From assembly GCA_036172245.1 (NCBI GenBank), contig JAYWIR010000006.1, forward strand, positions 4,588,001-4,652,000: a stretch of DNA of 64,000 nt. The letters are read 5' to 3'. A model generated the notes under the pieces. The model was not told the DNA's origin, did not search any database, and saw nothing but the letters and a program-made list of their open reading frames with translations. The translations under genes and the position numbers were made by a program. How positions within the stretch are numbered: the stretch's first letter is position 1; each line of letters opens with the position of its first letter. The stretch comes from Raillietiella orientalis. Taxonomy: Eukaryota. Positions 54,205 to 64,000 of the stretch are shown one piece after another.

Positions 54205-54815
54205 AGCTGACCTGCGGCTGCGGCTTCCGTGCGCGGAAGCGTCTCCAGGCGTCGCGGGTTCGAATCTCGCCTGGGGAAGGATCGACGCCAAAGAAATGGG
54301 GGTGCGTCGTGGGTTCGAGCCTCCTCCCCCTGCAGGATGTCGCTGGTTGGCCCTCGGTTGACTTCGGATGAGGCACTGGTTGACAACATGGGATTGGAAG
54401 TCGACCCTCCGGGGTTTCTTCCGGGAATCGGGAAGTCCTTCGAGATTCCCCTTCGGTTGCAAAAATGGAACTGCCCTTCCCCGCCTCGGCGGGAATCCTC
54501 CATCGAGCACCCTCAGAGGGTTCCCGCCAAGGGTGTCAAGAAGCACGCTGCTCCGTTCGGGAAGCGACCCTTCAAGGAAAGTCGGGAAGCGTCCCTTCGG
54601 GTTCTCTTCAGAGGAGGATACCCTTCCTCAGGAGGGAACTTGGCAGCCTCCAAATGCCGGCGGTGGACGGTATCTTGCAAAAGCTGATGAGTGGATGGAC
54701 CGTGTGGCAGATGGAAGATGCTGCAACTCTGAGTGTCCTTCCGCGAGGACTACGGCGCTGGTGCGAGCTGCCCGGAATTCCTGGCGAGGACCTGAAGTGG
54801 CCCCCAGCGTTCGTG
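54205..54815 (+). mobile_element. Composite repeat: tRNA-like head (two B-boxes) + partial body + LINE-derived segment
   Basis: GGCGTCGCGGGTTCGAATCTCGCC (B-box 54256) and GCGTCGTGGGTTCGAGC (54311). Body TGGAAGTCGACCCTCCGGGGTTTCTTCC and GTGTCAAGAAGCACGCTGCTCC match copy 1. From ~54618 it aligns to the LINE at 15619-15830 (MSGWTVWQMEDAATLSVLPRGLRRWCELPGIP vs MSGWTTGQLADAATPSVLPRGLQRWGELLGIP). Confidence 0.75.
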
Positions 54816-57800
54816 GATAACAACACAGGGATCGGCACTCCAGAAAGATCTTTGCTGCGCGGAACGGGGGTCTCTAGAACAGACCGCCACCTTGACCACC
54901 GCTCGCCTCGTCCGCGTGTCTGCCGACGAGGCATCTGTTTCAGCTCCCGTCGCGTTTTCGACATGCCCTTGAGGGATGCGGCAGGATCAAGTCAGGATTA
55001 TCCCAGGTCCCGGCATCCACTTCGAGCTGGCGCTGAACGCGTACCGGGAAAGCTAGCGTCCTGGCTTTAGACTCGTCCTGGTGCACCAGCCTGGAGACGT
55101 ACGCGGACCATTCTTGCTGCGCTCCTGCTTTTCCACGCACGGAGGAGAGGCGGATGCAAAGACTAGTCTATGCCACGCCCACAAAGCATCCACAAGATCG
55201 GACCGCAAGCGCACCTCCGCCTTCTGGACAAACTGTGGACCTTTGTTCGGTGCGGTCCAGCACGCTCCCCTTTCGGAGGTGCGCCGGCGGCGAGGGACGT
55301 CTTCCGCTGCTGCGCAGCCGCCATAGGACGGAGCACTCTCCGTCCGGATTTGAACGCCCCCGAGGCACATCCGTCCTCTTTGCTGGAAGCTCGCTCATGG
55401 ATTTCCTGAATCCCTCCCCCGGAATAGAACGTCTAGAAACACGAGGCACCGGAGTCCAGGGTGGACCTTTTCGCCTCTGAAGAAGTCGCGGTTCCCGCAT
55501 TGCGCACGGCGGAGGCTGCGACGCTCCCGTTGCTGTGGAAACGGAAATTGTCCGTTGTTCCCTCGCAGGGAGGATCCCGGTGCAACCGCCGCAGGGGGCG
55601 GGATCGTTCCCGCACCTCCTGTCGGGCCACAGAGTCCTCGCGGACATCTGGATGCGAATCTCTCCGGCGGCCCACCCACCGCCCCGGAGGACGCCGCTCC
55701 GGACCGGCTGCAGAGCTTCTTCGCGCGAGGCGGGCTGGGCGGCGGGCGCCCGTCATCGCAACGCGATGCAGCTGTTGCATCCGCGGGGCCGGCGAAGGGA
55801 GGCCGCCAACATGGCAGTCGCCTTGATGAAGAAGCTGCCAGCTCCGGGGAGAGAGGAGCAGCTGAAAACAAGGACCTCTTTTCCCTTCCCCCCCCCCTCT
55901 CTTCCCCGCTGCTCCGTATTCCCGTGGAAGTCGGTCTGTGTGGTCGTCTCTGCGTCGCATTTTTGTATTTAGGGAACGTCCCTCTGGCTTGTAATTTATT
56001 TTTAAACAAACGTTCGGGAGTGACTGGGTACAGAGGACACTCGAGCGTCCGACTCATCGAGGACCGCCGAGAGAAGCTCCACGCACCGAATCAGCAGTCT
56101 TCCACATCTCCACAGAGCAAACGGAAGCATCCGCAGAATCAACGACGCACGCTGCATCCGCGTTGACACCTCCTCCCCATCCTTAGCATCTCACATCCTC
56201 CGCACCGCACCCCTTCCCATGAGAATGCACCTTCGCCTGAACGTGGTCCACGTTCCCCACGTGAACAGGAACGGCCGCTCTCAGGAAGCGCTTTGCCCTC
56301 AAGACGAATGCCATTCCGACGTGTCGCCACCCCGTCGGTCGACTCACCCACCCCCTTCGCCCCTGCCAGAAAAACTTTCCGCCTCGAAACTCGGAGCAGC
56401 CTCTCCCGGACGTCACTGGGTGGGAAACCTTGCAAGGTCCTTGCACTTGTCTAAAAGATTAGCCGGTCTCTGGAGGAAAGAGCGGAGGGGCACTTCGGAA
56501 AGCCTTGCTTCCGGAGCATCTTCTGGGAGCAGCGCGTGAGTTCGGTGCCGAGCAGGGAACGATCTCCGGGATATCGGCCGCACCCCGACCAAGGCAGCAG
56601 GTGCAGAAGGACGAAAAAGGCTGGACCCCAAACGGGGTGCTTCACGTGGCCAACCTGCACTCGGGCAGGGAGACTGGAATTCACCTTCACTTTTCGCGGA
56701 TGAAATAGAGGATGTGTGGTGACTGGAGGAAAGTTTTTTTTTTTCTATTCTTTTGTGGAACTTCATCTGCGCATTCAGCAAACGCTTCATTCAATCTCAA
56801 TTGAAATAATTAGAAGAATATGTTACGCAATTTAGAATTTTCCGATTATTCAATCATCATTTCATTAAGCCCGTCACACCTGGCACACAGCACACAGCAC
56901 TGTTAAGAGTAGCTTTGAGCGAGAATTATGTATACCGTAATGCTTAGAATATGCAATCATCTATTCAAGTACTATCCGTTCAGATTAATCAAGTACGATC
57001 ATCAATATTATAATACACGCACTGTTGTGTGATATGGGAAGGGGAGCACTGAAATGTAAAAAGGAAAATTTAACCCGTTCGTATCATGAAAAGTTTGGTT
57101 TATGTTCTTATCTGCTGTTGTTTTTTGTTTTTACATATCACTCTCATTTACGTTACATGGTCACGGTGCGTTTTTTTTCTTTTTTTTGTTTTTCCCTCTG
57201 CATTTTTACGACGGCGTGTGAGCGCCTGGGGAAGTCGTGGCTGCCCTGCGAGATGTCGGAAAAAACGCGCGAAGCGTCCCGTGCACGTTGCCTCGCACCG
57301 AAGTGGCGACGCGCCCTCCTGGTGTTGCGACGAGACGGCCTGATGCTGAGGGGCAAACGGCTTCGCGTACGCGGTCCCCGGACCCAACGGAAGTCATCAC
57401 CCCCCATCTCTCTCCACGTGCGAGACGTCCGGCGGACGACTCTGTTTTCCGGGAAAACTGCGCTGGCAGCCCTGCGCGACTCCGCCGAGGTGCGCGTCCC
57501 GTCAGGGAGGGAGGCGCCGCGCGCGTCCTTCGCGACGGCGGTTGCGAAGGTCGCGCGTGGTGCAGCAGCAGCAGCAGCCGGCGTCCCGAATTCCCGTCCC
57601 TTCAGAAGGGAGCGGGTCCCGGGAACCCACTCCGTCCTCTTCATAGCTCAGAGAGAGTGCAGCACAGAGGATGCCGACCGGACTTTGTAGATGCACCGCG
57701 TGTCTCTTGCAGTTCCCTTCTAAGAAAGGACACCTTCCTCGGGTCGACGAACGAACTTCTTGGCCACGCGAACGAAGGCGCGCGTGTACGAGGGCGTCCA

Positions 57801-59399
57801 CACAGTGTGATGGCGACGGCCCCCTTCCCTTTCCACCGATGGCGGGATGGTCTCTGCTCTCCTAGGGCCGCGAGCGGGCACGTGCAGAGAACAAAAAGGA
57901 AACGCGAAGAGGATCGGTCGCCGGGCAACTGGCCGCTATCTTCTTACAGTGGCGCCCGCCCCTTCCAGCCCGAGACAATGGCACTGTTGTTCTCTTGAGA
58001 GCTTCCGCGACGCGGCGGGGACCCGGCCCGAGTGGGGGTGCCGATCCGAGTGAGGTCGGAAAGTCCGCCCGCGTTCCGAAAACGAAAGCTCTTTTCTGGA
58101 GAAAGCGTTCTTGCCGGCACCGTGGCGTTCGGATCGCAGGGGAACTTCACGGTCCGGATGTAGCTGGCGCGCCATAACTTCGGTGGTCCACGGGAGTCGA
58201 AAGCGAACCGTCTTTCCGCCATGGGGGGGGGGGAGGGACGACGACCACTCCTGGGGGGCGCACCATGGCAGATCGGAATGCGCGTTTCGCTTCTCGGACC
58301 CACGGGGGTGGGTCTTTCCACACAGCCCCTCCCCGGCGCCAGATGCCCGGGCATTTCGTGCAGCGCCTGCGAGCTCAACTGCTGTTCGTCGCTTTCGCGT
58401 TCATTCGCGCGTGCGTGCACCGGGCAAGGCCGCCCGGGACGAAAAGGTGCCAGGCGGGGCGGGCAACACAGGTGTGCCCTCCGCCGGTGACGTCGCTCCT
58501 CGTCATCAAGGCGACGAAGGCGGGTGCGACTCTGGCGGTGCGCAGGGCTGTGGGTAGTTCGCTCTGCATGTCGAAGGGAAGCTTTCGAGCAGCTTCCAGG
58601 ACGTCTTCGCGCGCCGGAAGGAGCTTGCTTCTCTTCTGGTTGCACCCACCCCGGTTCCTACGCGACGCGGGGGAGGAGCCCCAACCTTCCCGCGAGAGAT
58701 TCGGAGGAAGAACCTCCGCGTGCGTCCCGCTTCGCGAAGGTTTTTCTCTCCCCTGTCGCCGCCGTTTTTTGCTTTCTGGGAGGGGACGAAGGAGTTGCCT
58801 CAAAACTGGACTCCCCAGTCAGCGTCTCTGTCGAATCCCCCTCGTTCGTGGAGCGCCACAGGAGTCGACCGCTATTTGACTACGTCGTCCCCCACGTTTT
58901 GGATGCGAGGTCGCATGGACCGCAGCATATCATTTCGAGAGAAGTCCCGGTGAAATGAGGGAGGGTTGTTGTTTTTGTGTGTGTCTGTGTGTGTGTGTGT
59001 CGAGTCTTAGCGGCTTCTCTGAGCGAGGCTTCCTGCCCTCATTATCCTCGTACAACAGTTCGGGGAAAAATTTTCGATTCAAGGTTTCCCTAAAAGCCAC
59101 GGACCGAATTGTTCGAACCCTCTATTATCGGGAGAAACAGCTGGGTGACGCTTACGCAGCAGAAGTAATTGCAGGCTCCGGAATCCATTTGAAACAGAAT
59201 TATTGGTCCATCCATCAAGGAATATGCAACAAATCACGTGCGTAATGGAAACCAACAAATGCAAGACAAATTTAATTCGTAATTAATCATAGCGTATGCA
59301 AAGAGAGAGAGATTTGCGTTTCAAACAAGGAGTATCTCCACTACAGTCTCATGAATCTCGAGAACAGATGTGCTGCGGGGAAGAAGAAAAAAGCGCGCT

Positions 59400-59790
59400 T
59401 CGAACTTTTCGGAGGTTCCGAGGGGAGCCGTTGCGATCGCAGTTTCCTGGGAGGCACGCGGGGCGCGCTTGTTTCCAGGCGACCGGAGCTCTCTTTCTTT
59501 CCCCATCTCGCCGCGCTGGGAGAACGGGTAAGGAGGGGCGGAGGAAATTCCTCGAGAAACCTCTTCCGACCTCCAGCCGAAAGTGGTCACCGGAGGCGTC
59601 GAGGAGCGGCGGCGACGACCGCTCGGGAAAGGGGTGCAGACGGTCGGTCGATCCGGGCACAGTGGATTCCTCCGCTTGAAATACGATCGCGGCGGCGGAT
59701 GCGACTCGCAGTGGGCAGCTAAGATGGCAGGCGGCCGAGCGGATCGGAATTCAGGCACCGGGCTTCCAGAGCGCCGCAGCAGCCGTTCAA
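59400..59790 (-). repeat. Possible highly degenerate copy of the tRNA-headed repeat
   Basis: Minus strand GCTGCGG...CCCGGTGCCTGAATTCCGATCC and CTGGAGGTCG...GGTTTCTCGAGGAAT, CAAGCGCGC appear in the expected order; weak similarity only. Confidence 0.3.
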
Positions 59791-60949
59791 ACGGGCTAGC
59801 TTACCCCCCCCCCCTTCCCTCCACTCTTCCACGTGGATTTCGGATGGGGTTCGCCGCCAAATTCCGCGGTGAAATCCTCCTCTGTCGCTCGGTTTCCGAG
59901 CGCCCGACGGCGCCGCTCGTCCTGAGAGCGCCGACCGCGAACCACTCGCGCTCAGGTTTCCAGGGAGTTGGGTGGGGCAGCAAGGGCTTTTGAATGCGGG
60001 GCCCCTACTCTCCGCTAGCATCCCCGGAGAAATTAGTCGCTGCATCTCTATCAATCACGGCGCAGCGTGGATACAGAGACTCCTCCGACCCTTCGAAAAA
60101 GCCGTTGCGATGGCGACGCGCGGCGTAAGGAGAACGTGGGCTCACCCTGCGCCCCGCAACAATGGCGATGACGTGTGGTCACGTCGGGGTGGCGCCTGCT
60201 CGAAATTCGGCCCTCCCGGAAAGCAGCCGGCATGGAAACCGCGACAGAAGGAGCGAAGGCAAGCGATCGAAGCGGAACCGCAGCAACCGGGGAAGACGGA
60301 ACGGCCACCACCACCACGCCATATCCCCCCCCCCCCCCGTTCCAAGAACGAAAGCAAAAAATATCCGTGGGAAGAATTCCAAAGCTTCGACCAGCAAACG
60401 GAAAACAACAGCTGCAGCAGCAGCCTTCCCCGGGCCGCTGCCGGATCGACGCTTCCTCTTTGACACGTCGGTTTCGTCATCTCGAAGTTTCCAGTCCGTC
60501 CGAGAAAGATGCGGTGTTTTCCGCGTGTCGCACGGCCACCGGGAGGCGCACATCGAAAGAAACGCTGTCTTCTTGCTCAGAGCACTGGCGGCGGTTTGGT
60601 GGTTCGGTTACGCAACGGGGAACGTAAATGTAAAGGTTGCTCCTTTTGATGGAGCAGGAAGCAGTCGTGCTGACGTCCTGTTGAGAGACGAGTCAACGAC
60701 AAGAAAAAAACGAGGGTTTCCGCTGGAGATCGTTCGATGGAAGTTCCACCTCTTCGTAGAATGGAAGGCTCTATAGGGCCGTTGGGATGCTCGCTCCTGG
60801 CAGTTTCAAACCCACTCTCTGCTCTCGTACGGTTCGGCTTTCGGGAAGAAGACCTCCGCCGAAGTCGGACGGACCACTTGAAGAAGACTCAGCTTCTTGT
60901 CCGTGAACCACGCGGCAACCTAACGTGCGTTTCCTTTGACATCCACACA

Positions 60950-61180
60950 CTGTCCAGTTGGCGCCGCTCTCCGCCAACGGACTGGAGAGCCACGTGTATC
61001 CTCCACGAGTCGTGTCCGAATCGGACGAACGGGCGAATGACAACTCGCCACGTTCTGGAAAACTACCTTCGAGGAAAGATAGCTTCGGAAAAGGTCCTCG
61101 AGTTTACCATGAAAAAGAAGACGAAGAAAGGAATTATTTCTTCCTTCAAGCTTCAGGCACGAAGCAGCAGGAGGAAAGTT
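60950..61180 (+). repeat. Left arm of inverted repeat pair (partner 62790-63010)
   Basis: CCAGTTGGCGCCGCTCTCCGC.AACGGAC, GTCGTGTCC.AATCGGAC, CCTCGAGTTTACCATGAAAAAGAAGA and TCAAGCTTCAG are all present in reverse complement at 62790-63010. Confidence 0.8.
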
Positions 61181-61809
61181 AATCCCTCACCACGAGAGAG
61201 GTTGCGCAACAGCATTTGAAAGCCCGGCACTTTGTAAGCTCATCTCTGCGAGTATTTCTGGGAAACTGCCATGATCATCATCAGTCTCATCCTTGGTAGC
61301 AATGAAGATTTGCTGGAACCGCCCGCCAAGTGCTTGCCCCTATGCACGGCACGCGGCTCCGTGAGCAGCTCTCTTTCGACACAGCATACACCGAGGAGCA
61401 CATTCTATAGCAACACTGCTGAAACGGAAGAACGCAGGAAATGCATCGAAGACAAGTCATTCGTGTTTCTGTGAATTTTTACAGGTAGTGATTCATCCAT
61501 CCCGAGGGATAAGATGCGTTCCTCGGGGAGGATTTTGCAAGGGCATCCATCCATTCTGCCCACTGCGAACAGCATTACAAATGGCGCAGCAACAATGGGG
61601 ACTGTCCTTCCCGCGTCACGCGTTTCCCTTGGAAACAGAAGTTTCTCCTGCCAGGGAGTCACGTGGTCGGCATTCTCGAAAGTTCCCAAATGCACGATGA
61701 GTTTTTTTCGTAGTGAAGGATTCCACGTCACCTGACATTTCGTTTGATTCCTTGACCATTTAATTTGCAGCTGCGTTGACAACGTAAGGATGCCCACGTA
61801 TAAATGTTT

Positions 61810-62720
61810 AACTGCTGCGTGTGTTCTCGGCGGCTCCATTCAACGAGCCTCCAAGAACCTCCCTTGCCGCAGCGCTGCCCTCCCTGAGGGAACACATGGG
61901 CAGCAGCCTAGTGTCTGGATGGGAGGTTAACGTAGAATCCCTGCAAGGAGAAGAGGACTGGGTGAGTAGACGACGGGACAGCTCGCAGATGTGCTGCGAC
62001 CCCGAGTGCCCCATCTCGCGCCGGGGCCAGATCCTGGGTATTTCGGGGAAGATCTGCGGTGGCCCCCAGTGCTCTTTGACACCTACGCCCTCCCCTTAAA
62101 GTGGCAGGAGTCGACGCTGCTGCTGGCGCACTGGAGTCTGCCGTGCATCACTGGACACGGGGGTGTGTGAACCCCCCGCACTGTGCCAGGTGCGGGGAGC
62201 GGGAATCCGTCCCGCACCTGCTAGTGGACTGTGTTGCCCTCCGTCCCCTCTGGAAACGCTTTGCGGCGACCCTAGGAACCGCCGGCGGCAACTCCAGGGA
62301 CGCTCTGAAACCTCTCTTCGTTCGCGCCTCTCTTTGGCCTGCAGCCCAAGCGTAGGAACAGCCCTATGTGGGATTGTAGCGATCTGGGGCGACGCAAGAG
62401 GGGGGGGGGGGGGCATAGCAACAGGTATGCCGCCATCCACTTTACCGTCCGCTTCCCGAGGATGGATGGCGACAAGATGGCCCCACCTGAAGAGCAGCAT
62501 GCAGCAAGAGCTGGTCGACATCCTGACATGGATGCAGTGGATCGCCCCCAATCGACAGTGATCCCTTCCCGCACCCTTCCAAGTTTATTTTCTTTTTGTT
62601 TGCCCCCTCCCCTCTGCTGCCGTGGAGAACCTCACCGGTCTGCGTACCGGGGCAACCCGGCAAGCTCCCGTTGAAATGGACGTAATCGAACCACCGACCG
62701 GTCCAAAAAATTACCACAAA
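61810..62720 (+). mobile_element. LINE 3'-end copy (zf-RVT-like region + structured tail)
   Basis: 61946-62706 is a near-perfect reverse complement of 40217-40971. 61860-61910 aligns to 15603-15653. Tail stem-loop at 62614-62664. Confidence 0.88.
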
Positions 62721-62789
62721 ATTCGTACATGTGGCACACATGGCACACCCGAGTGGAAATCCAAGAGCTCCCAGTTAAGAAAACCTTCG

Positions 62790-63010
62790 TTTTCCTTTCT
62801 ATTTCGTGTCTGAAGCTTGAGGGGGAAAAAAAATTCTTCTTTTTCATGGTAAACTCGAGGTCCTGTTTCGAAGTCGTCTTTTCTTGAAAGGGTTTGCAAG
62901 AAGACAGCGAGAGGGAGCGCAGTTCCGTTGGTCCGATTTGGACACGACACGTGGGTCACGTGGCCGTGCGGTCCGTTCGCGGAGAGCGGCGCCAACTGGG
63001 CAGTTTGGTG
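62790..63010 (-). repeat. Right arm of inverted repeat pair (partner 60950-61180)
   Basis: Reverse complement shares four blocks of 11-26 near-identical nt with 60950-61180, in collinear order. Confidence 0.8.
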
Positions 63011-64000
63011 GACCGAAGCGAACATCTTGATGCGCACTCCTTTAGGATCTGTTCCCAAGGGATCACGCGCGCCGGGCACGCAGCGCCAGTGAAAACACCG
63101 ACGGTGGCAACGGGAAGGAGCTCCGTGCCTCATCATGTCAGGAGGTCTTCCTGAAAGGAACCGTCGTCCACCCGGACCGCCCCCGTGCGAGTCGTTGTTC
63201 CATTACGTAAGCAGTGGAACGAATGCTTGTTGACCGCGAGGGTGAAACACCGTCGCGTAGAAGCGTTTCCTAAGTCATCGCACCCCCCACCCTCCCACCC
63301 TTCCTTTTCCTTGTCATCTAACGCAACCTTTAGCCTCCCTTTGTCCTCCCTGCCCTGCGCCTCCAGGTCATCACGTCGAGTAGGAGGGACTCACCGACGC
63401 CGGACGGGGCCTCCAGGAATGGGCTTTGTATGGCGGTGTTGAAGTGCCGGGCATCTTCAGTGAGGACACACACGTGTACAAGCGTGGCACCGTGGCGCCA
63501 CGGTTCCTGCCTGCCTGGGGTTGGCGGGATCGCTCGAGGTCTTTCAGCAAGGCGGGGCCGACCGTTCGGACCGCTGTAAGGCGTAACTGCAAAGAATGCG
63601 CTGTCTCTCACAATGCCGAAATGCTACGCCAATATATCGGATGATAGAAGAGGAAAGAAAAAAAAAAAGGGTGGTGGTGGAAGTGTGAATCATTTCCGAT
63701 GGTATGTCATTAGCGAGTCGCTAATAATTGTTCTCAATTATGCCATCGGTTTTTTTTTTTTTCCTATCGTCATTATCATTATTGATCGCTGAGAAGCTTA
63801 CGATTAAGGAGAAAGGAAATATTTCATCGAGCCTATTGAGAAAGAAAAGGACCTGTCGACTGCTGCCTGTTGGCGGAATGAGCGAAGAGATCGCGGCTCG
63901 CCGCAGCGTTTGGACCGCTTCCAAGATCCGACGCCGCGGTCGGAGCGTCCGGGCGCGGTGCGGTTTCTCCCGTAGTCCCAGCAGCGATCTCGAAGGGGTG

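Overview
Eukaryotic (invertebrate animal) genomic DNA. Very short GT-AG introns (36-60 nt) and TTTCAG-type acceptors suggest a nematode, possibly clade I; this is inference. Four spliced protein-coding genes can be built by hand. They are a secreted DNase II (+, 1667-3378), a GT43 glucuronosyltransferase GlcAT-I/B3GAT3 (+, 5601-6931), a group II PAK kinase (-, 7018-8723) converging on it with an 86-nt gap, and an NCAM/Fasciclin-2 (-, 20510-23454; 5 Ig + 2 FN3 + TM; signal-peptide exon not found). The remaining ~40 kb has no recognisable host gene and is full of homopolymers, microsatellites and decayed mobile DNA. Most ORFs in the track there are spurious GC-rich frames. The most interesting pattern is a recurring modular retroelement family. 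It has a tRNA-like head with two B-box motifs, a ~600-bp purine-rich body, and a tail taken from the 3' end of an L1/Tx1-type LINE (zf-RVT-like). The tail ends in a conserved, apparently covarying stem-loop, and one pair of tail copies is nearly identical. Also notable are a sharply bounded CpG-depleted domain over the GlcAT/PAK genes (possible gene-body methylation footprint) and a candidate ~275-nt structured RNA just upstream of the GlcAT start codon. All repeat alignments and folds were done by eye, so repeat boundaries are approximate.
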